IMG/VR virus record: IMGVR_UViG_3300023283_000076
Span: 1 to 64,000 of that record
Length of the DNA stretch: 64,000 bases
Reading direction: 5' to 3' (one strand)
Source of the DNA: a virus
Taxonomy: Duplodnaviria; Caudoviricetes
In this document: piece by piece, positions 32,335-42,378 of the stretch
Layout: each line of letters begins with the position of its first letter
How positions within the stretch are numbered: position 1 is the first letter of the stretch
Notes under the pieces: generated by a model
What the model was told of the DNA's origin: nothing
Database searches by the model: none
The model's input: only the letters and a program-made list of their open reading frames with translations
Program-made: the position numbers and the translations under genes

Positions 32335-32625
32335 AAATATTTGAGTGTGCTATCACGCCAAAGGGATGGTAATGGTAGGGTATGACTTTTACCAATCCTA
32401 CTCATGACATGCCTCGGTCAATTCCAAGGTTCTTACTGTCCCAACTCGGTACCTCCCCCACCCAACTCCCTACACAACATGAAGATGATCGGTCTTCAGA
32501 AGTTGTTTCGGTTTCAATGCGCTATTGATGGTACCGTTTACGCATTTACATTACGTCAGCAAGGGGCATCGGTCCCACTCTTTAAAGGATGGCTGCTTCT
32601 AAGCCCACCTTCTCAAAATATTCTC
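32335..32625 (-). ncRNA. 23S rRNA domain II-like small RNA containing the uL11-binding/GTPase-associated centre
   Basis: GGCTTAGAAGCAGCCATCCTTTAAAGAGTG core plus six further collinear 23S-like blocks; own promoter at 32632-32659; 5' and 3' ends can pair. Confidence 0.8.
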
Positions 32626-32685
32626 AATTACATTATACAATGTTTCTCTGACTTGTCAAGACAATTTCCAGATTAAAATAATATA

Positions 32686-33108
32686 TCAAAAATTTATGAG
32701 ATTGTCAACGAATTTCATACGAATTCCATAATAAATTAAAGCATTACGCCATTGTTGATTGATGAATTCTCTTCCATGCAACCACTCTGATACTGCCACA
32801 AGAACATCCATCAAAGAATATAATTCAAAAACTTTATTATATCTTCCAAGCCCTTCCCAATGATTAGATGAAAAGTAATATTTGATATGCAGGTATGATT
32901 TTGCTTCGGTATTCAAATCATATAGAATTGCATTATCCTCGTGATCCCATTGACATGTCACTGGTATACCGAAAGCATACATAATTTCATTAATAAAGGC
33001 AGTTATGTCATTTTCCATAGATTCAAGGGTTATTTGATGTAACTCTTTTTCGTTATATGGAAATTTGAAAATACGACTTACCATTTTTTTACTCATTTTT
33101 TTACTCAT
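32686..33108 (-). CDS. hypothetical protein
   Basis: 140-aa ORF. Confidence 0.6.
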   Translation of the reverse strand: MSKKMSKKMVSRIFKFPYNEKELHQITLESMENDITAFINEIMYAFGIPVTCQWDHEDNAILYDLNTEAKSYLHIKYYFSSNHWEGLGRYNKVFELYSLMDVLVAVSEWLHGREFINQQWRNALIYYGIRMKFVDNLINF

Positions 33109-33487
33109 TTTTAATAAGTGTTAAATATAGTTTATTCTTCTATGAAAACTTTGTACCCAAGAACAGGCCATCCGTAACACATATCTACCATGTGAAAGAG
33201 TATATCCTATATCGGAAAAAGTGTCAAGCCCTTTCTTTATTAATATTTTCTAAAAATATTTTTATACTATCATTGTGTTTCTGTACGGCAGCAACACCAA
33301 TTCCAATAGAAATTATCCACCCCCAAGATCATCGGGGTTTTCCAAAATTGTAAAACATTCATGCTCCATTAAAAAAAGTTTAAGGTAAAGTAAGCGGAAT
33401 TGCCTACATGTTTATATTAACAAATACTTCAAGGTCTGTCACCTTAATATACATTGAGTATTATCAAATTGAACAAGTGTCTTTAAT

Positions 33488-33566
33488 TGGTGGGTCCGGT
33501 TGGATTTGAACCAACAGTCTCGATCCTTATGAGGGATGTGTTTTGACCTGATTAAACTACGGACCC
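33488..33566 (-). tRNA. tRNA with CAU anticodon (Met or lysidine-modified Ile2)
   Basis: Cloverleaf, CT-CAT-AA loop, CCA; not initiator-like. Confidence 0.88.
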
Positions 33567-33941
33567 CAAATTGGTGACCTAGTGTTTATAAGATTTCGTT
33601 TAATACTCAGACAACCAAATCCTTTCTTGTAAACTAGTACCGTGGTCCTAGACCGCTATCCATTTTCACGTATTTTTACGCTAGGTACATTTTTCGTTTA
33701 ATTTCAGTTTGTAGCAGACATTGGCGTTCCTTCTTTACAAACCTCTATTGAACTTATAATCATTCTACACCATTTAGAAACTTTGTCAAGATATTATTCT
33801 CGATTTTCATAATTACATTTTCTTAACATATATTAATTACTATCATACCAATACTTTTCTACTTTTCCCGAATTTTATTGAAGCATTTTTCTAATGGTTC
33901 TCGATTCATTACAGGAGAACCTTTGTTTCTGATAAAACCAT

Positions 33942-34367
33942 CTATGCTACTTCATTCTCTTCGTTTGAAAAAGAATCAATAAAATTCTTGAACTCTTCTA
34001 TTGAACCAGAGAAAAACAAATCTTCATATTCCCCATCAACTGTAATGATAGGATCACCATACCCCATACCTTTAATAGGATAATTAATGGTATAATTAAA
34101 TTCCTGACTATCCTCTGGGCCAGTTATATACAATCCACCAGCACCATACTTATTATCTGCAATGAACTGTGCAGCTAGACATCCAACACCATTAGCATAT
34201 CGTACTCCATCATTACCATTACAGGGAATACCATTTACCATAGTAATGCTATTCAAAAAATTAAAAATTTCTTTACCAACAACTTCCGGGTATCCATCAT
34301 ACTGCCTGTATATTGCTACTAGGGTTTCACCATCTTTTTGAAATTTTGTCAAGCTTCGTGTGCCCAT
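33942..34367 (-). CDS. conserved phage hypothetical protein
   Basis: MGTRSLT...YRQYDGYP motif. Confidence 0.75.
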   Translation of the reverse strand: MGTRSLTKFQKDGETLVAIYRQYDGYPEVVGKEIFNFLNSITMVNGIPCNGNDGVRYANGVGCLAAQFIADNKYGAGGLYITGPEDSQEFNYTINYPIKGMGYGDPIITVDGEYEDLFFSGSIEEFKNFIDSFSNEENEVA

Positions 34368-34750
34368 CTAATCTCATCAGGCGCAGTAAGCCTGAGATCA
34401 GCAAGATTTACAACCGTCTGATCCAATTCTCTCCATTCTCTAGAATCGGACGGCTGAGGCATGGCAATCGTAGCCTCAAACATACGATGCTCGTTAGAGC
34501 CTTTAATGCCAGTATTGAGACGAGTTCTGAGAATACTATTGGCGACTTTCTTGTTAAAATTATCTTGATTCGAACAGATTGCGCGGGCCACACGAACATG
34601 GAGATTGCGGCCGGTTTCGTCAGGGTCTACTACATATCCATAACTGACACAATCACTACGATCATGAATAATATGAATTCGCTTTCCGTCGCGAGTTAGA
34701 CGTCTAGGATTTTCAATCTTGTTCATTTGTTCACTCCTTTGTATGTTCAA
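34349..34750 (-). CDS. hypothetical protein
   Basis: VARAICS..DNFNKK motif; likely start at MNKIE. Confidence 0.65.
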   Translation of the reverse strand: MNIQRSEQMNKIENPRRLTRDGKRIHIIHDRSDCVSYGYVVDPDETGRNLHVRVARAICSNQDNFNKKVANSILRTRLNTGIKGSNEHRMFEATIAMPQPSDSREWRELDQTVVNLADLRLTAPDEIRWAHEA

Positions 34751-34785
34751 TAGATATTATCAAAATTAGTTACTGATGTCAAACT

Positions 34786-34858
34786 TTTTCAAACCATTGC
34801 AGTTCTAACCCATCCAATTTCTTAAGCTGGCCATCATTATAATATTCAATTTCATTAT
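34786..34858 (-). pseudogene. remnant of the repeat-protein C-terminus
   Basis: Similar to 49540-49610 (IEYYNDGQLKK...WFEK). Confidence 0.55.
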
Positions 34859-34944
34859 TGTCAATTAAGAATTTTCAGGTAATTCGGTCATTTGATCGTT
34901 CCTTTTGTGTGTTCAGCAGATATTATCAAAATTAGTTACTGATG

Positions 34945-35220
34945 TCAATTACTATCCACCACTTCTCTTATGTTAAATAACATACGGTAAAACATGATAG
35001 CTGTAATAAATCCGGTTGCAGTTAGTTTTACATATTCTTCTCCTAGATAAAAATTAACACCCAAACCGATGCCTATCAGAAACAATACATAGAAATATAT
35101 TACTAAAGCCCCGCTGGATGCGGTTTTTTCAAATGCCGCCGATACAACATACAACAAGAACCCTAGCACCGACATTCCTATTATTGCTATAATGCTATGC
35201 TGTCCGATGAATTCTATCAT
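34945..35220 (-). CDS. three-TM membrane protein
   Basis: Hydrophobic stretches. Confidence 0.6.
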   Translation of the reverse strand: MIEFIGQHSIIAIIGMSVLGFLLYVVSAAFEKTASSGALVIYFYVLFLIGIGLGVNFYLGEEYVKLTATGFITAIMFYRMLFNIREVVDSN

Positions 35221-35815
35221 AACGATCCTTTACCATTCTGTATATCATTTTATGAATACCCGGATTCACTTTCAATACCTCCGGGACGATGCTGTGTCGT
35301 ATTTGATTACGCATATAATTACAATCATTATTCGATGGATCATTAATATATTCTACCTCATGTGTATTAGCATAGTCAACGATTGCTTGCTTTTTAGTTA
35401 ACAAAAATGGCCGAATCACATTTGCTCGGTTATATTGAATTGTTTTAGGCTTTCCGTTAAATGTAGAAAATAACCATGTTTCCAAACAATCATCTAAATG
35501 ATGAGCAGTAACAATCGGAATATTGAAGCTTTCCAAAAATGTATAACGTAAATTTCTCCATGTCTCTTCTTTATTATTCGATACATGAAAATCATATTTA
35601 CCATCTACATTTGTACAAAACTCTAATCCTCTATACATAGATTGTTCTTTTACGAATTCTAATGCATAGGGAGAATGTTCAGTACCATGATTCACATGCA
35701 CCACAATAATATCTCTTTTTCCCTTGAGCAAGAAATCTAGAGCAACCATAGAATCGATTCCACCTGATACAGCCACTCCAATTTTCTGAGGAACTTTCCC
35801 AAGTAAGTTAATCAT
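35195..35815 (-). CDS. tilS: tRNA(Ile)-lysidine synthetase, N-terminal catalytic domain only
   Basis: AVSGGIDS PP-loop, HVNHG, TAHHLDD.LET, IRPFL and DPSN...RNQIRH. Confidence 0.9.
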   Translation of the reverse strand: MINLLGKVPQKIGVAVSGGIDSMVALDFLLKGKRDIIVVHVNHGTEHSPYALEFVKEQSMYRGLEFCTNVDGKYDFHVSNNKEETWRNLRYTFLESFNIPIVTAHHLDDCLETWLFSTFNGKPKTIQYNRANVIRPFLLTKKQAIVDYANTHEVEYINDPSNNDCNYMRNQIRHSIVPEVLKVNPGIHKMIYRMVKDRYDRIHRTA

Positions 35816-36087
35816 CCGAAAATTTTAAACATAATTTCCATAAACGAAAACATAATAATGATTGCATTCATGAGCCCTACGATAATTGCAAGGGAAATAA
35901 ATATAAATGATACTATCATATATGATGGCAATAATATTAATGTAAATATACCAGTATAATCCATAATCAACTCTGGTATCGTACTAATCGCTATTTTCAA
36001 TATCGAAGGTATTACAAAAATTAACCCAAATACCAATACGAAGGGTGAATACGGATTATTTGCTATATCGTATATTAGTTGTACCAT
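35812..36087 (-). CDS. membrane protein
   Basis: Hydrophobic ORF. Confidence 0.55.
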   Translation of the reverse strand: MVQLIYDIANNPYSPFVLVFGLIFVIPSILKIAISTIPELIMDYTGIFTLILLPSYMIVSFIFISLAIIVGLMNAIIIMFSFMEIMFKIFG

Positions 36088-36105
36088 AATCGTATAATAT
36101 CATTG

Positions 36106-36366
36106 TCAATTATTTCTAATAGAATGTTCGGCGATCCACTCTACAAGAGTTTCAAGTTCCACCAAATCATTGGATGTACCAAACAACATGTTACCGGATG
36201 CAGACGTAATTTCATGAATATTACCGTTCTGGCCAATAAAAGTCAACGCCTGAGATAATTCAGAAACACCATCGTTATATTTGATAATGCTAGTAGTTAG
36301 CATACCCAGTTTACCTATCTGAGTTGTCTTCTTCTCAATGCTATAATCCATTTTTTTTGCTTTCAT
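36106..36366 (-). CDS. hypothetical protein
   Basis: GGAG RBS and own promoter. Confidence 0.6.
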   Translation of the reverse strand: MKAKKMDYSIEKKTTQIGKLGMLTTSIIKYNDGVSELSQALTFIGQNGNIHEITSASGNMLFGTSNDLVELETLVEWIAEHSIRNN

Positions 36367-36404
36367 AGTGTGAACTCCTTTGTGGTGATGTATTATATCA
36401 GAGA

Positions 36405-36923
36405 TTATGCTTTTTTAAAATATTCTCTGAATTCAATAATATGATCTTGAGGCACTTGTTTAATTTTATACAGTCCCATGGGACCAGTGATATCTTTTTT
36501 TAAAATCTTCATAATATTATATGCGTATACCCCGGTCCACAATGGCCCATGTCCGGGATCCTTTATTTTATTTCCATTATAATGGAACTGCTTAGCACAT
36601 TCTACTATACCATGTGAAATCTCATGAATGATAGTCGAAGGGTAAATATGCTTGGCCGAAACATTTATTGCAGCACATTTATGGCTTATTGACCAAGCTT
36701 CACCTAGATTATCCCATTCATATTCTGGAAATATAGGTGTAATATATATACCCCAATGTTGTTCGAGACATCTTATTATACATAACGCCTCAGAAACATT
36801 GATGGTTTTCTCTTTATTAAACCAGCCTCCTTCGAAATTATTGACTTTAGCTACTTGCCAATCTTTGTTTGCTTTCAAATGTTTTAATGGAGCATTAAAT
36901 GCTGCAACCAAATTTTTATGCAT
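36405..36923 (-). CDS. putative zinc metalloprotease (SprT-like)
   Basis: TIIHEISH...PGHGPLW. Confidence 0.65.
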   Translation of the reverse strand: MHKNLVAAFNAPLKHLKANKDWQVAKVNNFEGGWFNKEKTINVSEALCIIRCLEQHWGIYITPIFPEYEWDNLGEAWSISHKCAAINVSAKHIYPSTIIHEISHGIVECAKQFHYNGNKIKDPGHGPLWTGVYAYNIMKILKKDITGPMGLYKIKQVPQDHIIEFREYFKKA

Positions 36924-37103
36924 ATTCTATCATATGTATTCTAACTTGTACAATACTATGATAATACCAATTTGTCAAGTTTTTACATTTGCACTTCTTC
37001 TTCAAAAAGAATCTGGTTGCATCTCTGGCAAGACACCCTGCAAATATCTCCATCATACGTTGCAATTAATTGACTATAAACATTGTTGCTATGGCCAAAC
37101 AAT

Positions 37104-37289
37104 TTACAAATTATCTTGGAAAACATTCAAAATATCCTCATTAGGCTCCTCTGCTTTGGTACTATTAATTTTTTGTTTAATTTCTTTATCAGTCAAATTA
37201 AATATATGTCTAATCAATTGGTTCCGAACATCGCCGGGTGTAATATTTTCATTTGTGTCTATATTAAACATGAAATCCACGTTAGACAT
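37104..37289 (-). CDS. hypothetical protein
   Basis: ORF with RBS. Confidence 0.45.
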   Translation of the reverse strand: MSNVDFMFNIDTNENITPGDVRNQLIRHIFNLTDKEIKQKINSTKAEEPNEDILNVFQDNL

Positions 37290-37313
37290 ATTAATTCCTT
37301 TAGGATTTTTTTT

Positions 37314-37568
37314 TCAATTGGACTTCTGAGATCTGAGATCTGAGATTCTGTTATTACGCTGAATAAACATTTCCTCAAAAGTTCTCGTGTCAGAAAAAAT
37401 AGTTCTCCAGAGTGCATTATATTCAGGACCTAGGCGTTTAACCATTCTTTGGAGAATGTCCATGTAATTGTATATATTATAATTCAATTCAGCATCTGTG
37501 AAAGATACTTGTTTAAGATATTTCATTTTAAAATCTCGTCTATTCATTATGGGGTAATCATACCACAA
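37314..37568 (-). CDS. hypothetical protein
   Basis: ORF from the track. Confidence 0.45.
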   Translation of the reverse strand: MWYDYPIMNRRDFKMKYLKQVSFTDAELNYNIYNYMDILQRMVKRLGPEYNALWRTIFSDTRTFEEMFIQRNNRISDLRSQKSN

Positions 37569-37594
37569 CTCTTTAATGATGTCAAATGATGAAA

Positions 37595-37668
37595 TGGTGT
37601 CTCCTGACGGTTACGATCCGCCTACTACAACTTGTAAGGATGCCATGATTCCATTTCACCAAGGAGAC
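37595..37668 (-). tRNA. tRNA-Val(UAC), atypical T-loop ATCGTAA
   Basis: Cloverleaf, CCA. Confidence 0.8.
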
Positions 37669-37690
37669 CGTTACAAGCGAATTTCTAATC

Positions 37691-37768
37691 TGGTGCCGAT
37701 GGAGAGATTCGAACTCCCGCGCTTTCGCTTACAAGGCGACTGCTCTGGCCAAACTGAGCTACATCGGC
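37691..37768 (-). tRNA. tRNA-Thr(UGU)
   Basis: Cloverleaf, CCA. Confidence 0.93.
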
Positions 37769-37940
37769 ATATCCCTTATTTATTAACTCTGTATATCTTT
37801 GTCTTCTAGACGGTTTATGACCATAGCACGAGTATGTTCGCATATACCGTGTTTGATACTCGACCAACTAACAACATTAACCACTCTAGGTAGCATATTT
37901 GTTAAGTGTGTATAAAGAATACTACAGTTTTACCGATTTG

Positions 37941-38186
37941 TCAATCATCCCAATCTGTTTCATAACGTCGATTATACTCTTCTTCAATTTCATATTCTAA
38001 CTCTTCAATCTTATCTTCTAATTCTTCAATAGATTCTTCGTCGTTATCTCTACGTGCATTAGCTAACTGCTTAGTTAATTCGACAAGACGTTGTTCAAGT
38101 TTGTTCATAATGCTATTTAATAATTCCTTATTGTTAAATATGTCAAAAAATGGACAGTATGGTATAAGCCAAAAGAAGGCATACAC
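37941..38186 (-). CDS. acidic coiled-coil protein (start uncertain)
   Basis: ORF from the track. Confidence 0.5.
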   Translation of the reverse strand: MYAFFWLIPYCPFFDIFNNKELLNSIMNKLEQRLVELTKQLANARRDNDEESIEELEDKIEELEYEIEEEYNRRYETDWDD

Positions 38187-38213
38187 TACATACTGTCCAC
38201 TGTTTTGGTTACC

Positions 38214-39218
38214 TTACTTAACCCAAGCCCATGTATCACCGTTGCGAATCTTACGAATTGTAGCTTCATCTACATTATACACATCTGCAATTCGTACAAT
38301 CGGCCATATACCCTCTGCCAGCAACTGTCTAATCCCCCTAACCTTATGTTCGTTCAGTTTACTTCGAGTTACACGAGAGTTTGGGGTTTCAACGTTGGGC
38401 TTTGGTTCACCCTCTGCGCCCTCCAAGTCTGTAAATTGATCGTCATCATCCAAATCACCATCAACATCACCATATTCGTCAGTATAAAACGAAGGTGTCA
38501 GCGTTTCATCGTTATAGAACTGATCTGAAATATCATCTACAACTTCATAAGCGCAAACACGCATCTTGGCATTATTATAATCTTTGGGAACCGCTACTAC
38601 ATCCTTTGGATGAACCTTGACAAGGAGAACTTTGTTCCCCGGTCCACTACCGAAACAAGGAAGATAACTACGGGAACATACATGCAATCCATAGGAACAG
38701 GTACGTTCAGAATCTTCGTCTACCTTGTTACGTGGAATTTCAACCTTAGTTCCTACTACATTACTAATAGTACCGCTATGAATATCGGTAAAGTCATTAC
38801 GAACTTTCTTGTATGCAAGGAAATGTCCATCGTTAGTAAAAGGCAAATCACATGCTTCCAAAAATTGCCTATACAATTCATTAACAACACGATAACTGTT
38901 GTCCATTAGATTATCCATGACCCGAAGCAACGGCTTGTAGGGATACCCATTAGCCCACAGAAAATGCAATCTATTAACAATTACATTATAGATTTCATCA
39001 CCATTGAAATACAGATTGTAACCATCAAAAGTAATACGTCCAGCGGATTCACTTTCAATGTTTGCCTTTGCATTCAGCAAACGGTCAAGACTATATTCAT
39101 CACCATTAGTGATCGCATCCATCACTGCATCAAACTGATCGGTTGAACGCGGAATTGTGTGAGCCTTACCATTCAAAACTACACACAAATTTTGTTCCGT
39201 CAAATTCCAAGCTAACAT
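38214..39218 (-). CDS. rIIB: rIIB-like protein with C-terminal HTH (copy A)
   Basis: FLAYKKVR..F.D.HSG, RNKVDED..RTCSYGLHV and KVHP.DVV.VP.DY...KMRVC.Y. Confidence 0.88.
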   Translation of the reverse strand: MLAWNLTEQNLCVVLNGKAHTIPRSTDQFDAVMDAITNGDEYSLDRLLNAKANIESESAGRITFDGYNLYFNGDEIYNVIVNRLHFLWANGYPYKPLLRVMDNLMDNSYRVVNELYRQFLEACDLPFTNDGHFLAYKKVRNDFTDIHSGTISNVVGTKVEIPRNKVDEDSERTCSYGLHVCSRSYLPCFGSGPGNKVLLVKVHPKDVVAVPKDYNNAKMRVCAYEVVDDISDQFYNDETLTPSFYTDEYGDVDGDLDDDDQFTDLEGAEGEPKPNVETPNSRVTRSKLNEHKVRGIRQLLAEGIWPIVRIADVYNVDEATIRKIRNGDTWAWVK

Positions 39219-39277
39219 TTTATAAATCTCCTATTTATTTAACGAGTATATAGTATAACCTATAATTTAAGGAATTG

Positions 39278-41731
39278 TCAAGCAATTTCATCAATAATTT
39301 CCTTTGCAATCCTGACCGGATCAATCAGAATAGTATCAGAATTGAAACAATCAATAATTTTGCAATGATTCCCAATTCTACCTTCAACAAACAGATTTAG
39401 AAAAGTCTTTCTATTAGCTGGATTCTTGAGCATTTTTACAATTATCTTATGATTCTCCACCATAGAAAGAATAGGGATATTCAAACCCTTTAATTCCTTT
39501 TCAAGCTGTTCCATTGAAGTGGCAGAATTTAGGATGTTTTGAACATTCTGTTGAAGATTCAAAACATCATGCGTACCCAAATATGCCATTACATTCTTAA
39601 ACCTTTCCGGGTGCATCGAGCCTAGAAAATTTGACTTTTCTTTACCTGAATTATTTTTTTCATATTCAGCTTTCGATACAAAAACATCATCCAACCCAAC
39701 CAGTGTAATGTCCCGTTCAATCTTGATACTTTCAAGAATGTTAAACATCATTCTGTTCATGTTGAAGTGCATATGTATTCTATTTTCATACGCTTCAACA
39801 ATAGCATCATTAATACTGCTTCGGGCGGTCTTAATGATTTCATCCTTGTGAGTTTCAAAGTAATCCTTAACAGATACAAAATTGTTTGGATTCTTTTTCA
39901 ATGCACGTTTCATATCTTTTTCTGAAATACCGATACATGCATAATCATCAGACTTTTTAATTGCAACATAATTAAATATCAAATGTAGAATTTCAAATGG
40001 CAATCCAGTATCACCAATCTTATTGTTGTACGTATTGAAACATACAAGAGTCTTACCATTATAATCTTCGACGGTTTCTTCAAATTCTTGATCGCAACCG
40101 TAACTATACAATGTATTACTACTATTATTAAAAATTTGACTGTTCAGCCAGAACCAAGAACGCCTCTTACCACCAGTAATACTATGACCAGTAGACTTGG
40201 TATTACGTGACGGCATAGGAAGGCTAGATATTTTTGTAATATCTCCCGCAGCACCATCTAGAAACTTAATGAAGCTATTATACTTATCCTTCGGCAAATC
40301 AATAATTACAAATTTTCTACCAGACTCGACATCATTGAACGTTCTTGTAACATACGCATAATTTTCATCCTTGTAATAAACAGGATTATTCCCGAGAATG
40401 CGATTCAACACATTAAACGCAAATGGGGAATTTTCATAGTCAGGAGTGCCATTGGCCCTATTTGAATTAGACCATGAATAGTGTGATTCTTTCTTAGGCT
40501 TACCATTGATACAAGAATAATCAGATACTTCCAATTCCTTAAATTTTCTAGGAAGTTTCAAATTTAACAAATTGTTCCTATTAATATAAAACGGATTGTA
40601 CTTTTGATTGAATCGTTCCCTCGGCAGAAGCGATACCATGAACTCCGGCAAATCATTATACAAATTGTAAAACTCACCTTTTGAAGTAGCAAAAGCATCA
40701 TCGAGTTTATGCTTGATAGAACCAAACATTTTATTCCTAACATTATCTAGTGCAACGCAAATATTATGCATCGTTTCTTGAGTGTACGAGATACCTTCAC
40801 GACTGGCCGTAACTTCTACGGTACCAATAGGCATATCCATATATGCACCATAAATATTAAACCTACCGCATGTTCTACGGTTGAACGATTCAAGAAACTG
40901 AATGAAACGCTCGCCCTCATGTTGTGGGTTTCGAGCATAATATGGCAGATTCTTAGAACTTCCGGTTTTACTAATATGAGTAGTGTAATAGTCACGTATT
41001 AAATCAAAGTCTACTGGATATGCTACCGGACCCTGCTTGATAAAGAATCCATGCATAACATCATCATTTGATTGAAAGTACACGAACTCATCAATCTTAG
41101 CAATTTCCTTTTCAATCGTCGGCCATTCTACGTTAGCTTCCGGCTTTACCGGAAAGAAACGAAGCTGCTTTACCAAAGAATTTTTAAATTCATGGAAATC
41201 CTTTGGATCAATAGTTACTGTTACTTCAAGACCGTTAGGTTCATCAGTTTCTTCACCTTCATTGAACATGCTAATCTGTGGTAATCCCTCTTCAAGATAA
41301 GCATTATATACACGCTTCACACCCTTATGAATAGAAGTCACCATGAATGAATCAGTGTATGAAAACGGAGTCTTAGAACCGAGACCGAATGCGCCTACAG
41401 CATCATTGGCCTGATCCTTAGTAGAACCAAAGTACGTGGTATAGATACCTTCAACATCCTCATGGCTTAACCCCGGACCAAAATCACGAACCGAAAAGGT
41501 AGGATCAAAAGCATCCGGAAGCTTAACCTTAAAAGGCTTTTCAGGACACCCGGCTTCAACGTGAGCATCAAAAGCATTGCAGCTAATCTCACGAATGATA
41601 GAACCAATCTTATCCTTATAAAGAGTATCAGACAAGACACGAGCCACCTTAGCGTTCATATCCATCTTGAATTTTGCAACTTCTTTAAATCCTACGCCTG
41701 TAGCCTTATGGGTACTGATATTGAGCTTCAC
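39278..41731 (-). CDS. rIIA: rIIA-like protein (GHKL ATPase N-terminus, copy A)
   Basis: IIREISCNAFDAH, VRDFGPGL, FGSTK, FGLGSK.PFSY and VTASREGIS; adjacent to rIIB. Confidence 0.88.
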   Translation of the reverse strand: MKLNISTHKATGVGFKEVAKFKMDMNAKVARVLSDTLYKDKIGSIIREISCNAFDAHVEAGCPEKPFKVKLPDAFDPTFSVRDFGPGLSHEDVEGIYTTYFGSTKDQANDAVGAFGLGSKTPFSYTDSFMVTSIHKGVKRVYNAYLEEGLPQISMFNEGEETDEPNGLEVTVTIDPKDFHEFKNSLVKQLRFFPVKPEANVEWPTIEKEIAKIDEFVYFQSNDDVMHGFFIKQGPVAYPVDFDLIRDYYTTHISKTGSSKNLPYYARNPQHEGERFIQFLESFNRRTCGRFNIYGAYMDMPIGTVEVTASREGISYTQETMHNICVALDNVRNKMFGSIKHKLDDAFATSKGEFYNLYNDLPEFMVSLLPRERFNQKYNPFYINRNNLLNLKLPRKFKELEVSDYSCINGKPKKESHYSWSNSNRANGTPDYENSPFAFNVLNRILGNNPVYYKDENYAYVTRTFNDVESGRKFVIIDLPKDKYNSFIKFLDGAAGDITKISSLPMPSRNTKSTGHSITGGKRRSWFWLNSQIFNNSSNTLYSYGCDQEFEETVEDYNGKTLVCFNTYNNKIGDTGLPFEILHLIFNYVAIKKSDDYACIGISEKDMKRALKKNPNNFVSVKDYFETHKDEIIKTARSSINDAIVEAYENRIHMHFNMNRMMFNILESIKIERDITLVGLDDVFVSKAEYEKNNSGKEKSNFLGSMHPERFKNVMAYLGTHDVLNLQQNVQNILNSATSMEQLEKELKGLNIPILSMVENHKIIVKMLKNPANRKTFLNLFVEGRIGNHCKIIDCFNSDTILIDPVRIAKEIIDEIA

Positions 41732-41850
41732 TTGTTAAATCTCCTATGTTTGTTAAGTGAACAGTCTACCAAAAAATTTAGTGATTTGCAATAGAAATTT
41801 TTAATTCATTTCCTTATTCACGAACCGCCATCGTACCATGGAACCCCATT

Positions 41851-42213
41851 CTAGTCAAGAGTCAACCCATGCCAATACTTAACACTAAGATTACGGGTAC
41901 TTTTTATTTTGTTATTCTTATCTACATACACATTTTTATAGTTTATTTCATCTAATTGTGCCTTTAATTTATTCAATGATTTTCCTGAAACAATATTGAT
42001 ATATGGATTAACGATATCGACAGACACATAAAAATTTTCTTTTGTGTCATAGCGTGCATATTCCAAACTCGCACAATCTCCATTTGATGACCGTGGATGG
42101 TATAACAAAACCATTCCGCTATCCTCATCTTCAATAAGCATAATGGCCTCTATTATTTCACCGATGTCACGTACTCCGAATTCACTAGTGACCTTATATT
42201 TAACAATATTCAT
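41851..42213 (-). CDS. hypothetical protein; paralogue of 59415..59759
   Basis: Near-identical protein. Confidence 0.75.
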   Translation of the reverse strand: MNIVKYKVTSEFGVRDIGEIIEAIMLIEDEDSGMVLLYHPRSSNGDCASLEYARYDTKENFYVSVDIVNPYINIVSGKSLNKLKAQLDEINYKNVYVDKNNKIKSTRNLSVKYWHGLTLD

Positions 42214-42376
42214 TGTTCAACACCTACTTCCATTGTTTCCAAAATGACATCCCCGAAACTTGGAGACACTGTTATTTCTTCATAGTAGCTATCAAAACGA
42301 TTCAATGTGTAACCACCAGTAGAAAACATATCGAGATCCTCTTTAACCATATATTTGATATTACTCAAAATATCAT
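42210..42376 (-). pseudogene. internally deleted copy of 59113..59415
   Basis: Collinear similarity with deletions. Confidence 0.55.
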
Positions 42377-42378
42377 GT

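Noticed and set aside
32440-32475. P-loop (H80) or peptidyl-transferase-centre similarity in the rRNA-like RNA
   Set aside because: The G-rich match is better explained by collinear domain II blocks; not claimed without an alignment.
32404-32676. 90-aa plus-strand ORF
   Set aside because: No RBS or promoter, opposite to the local gene orientation, and overlaps the rRNA-like RNA and its promoter.
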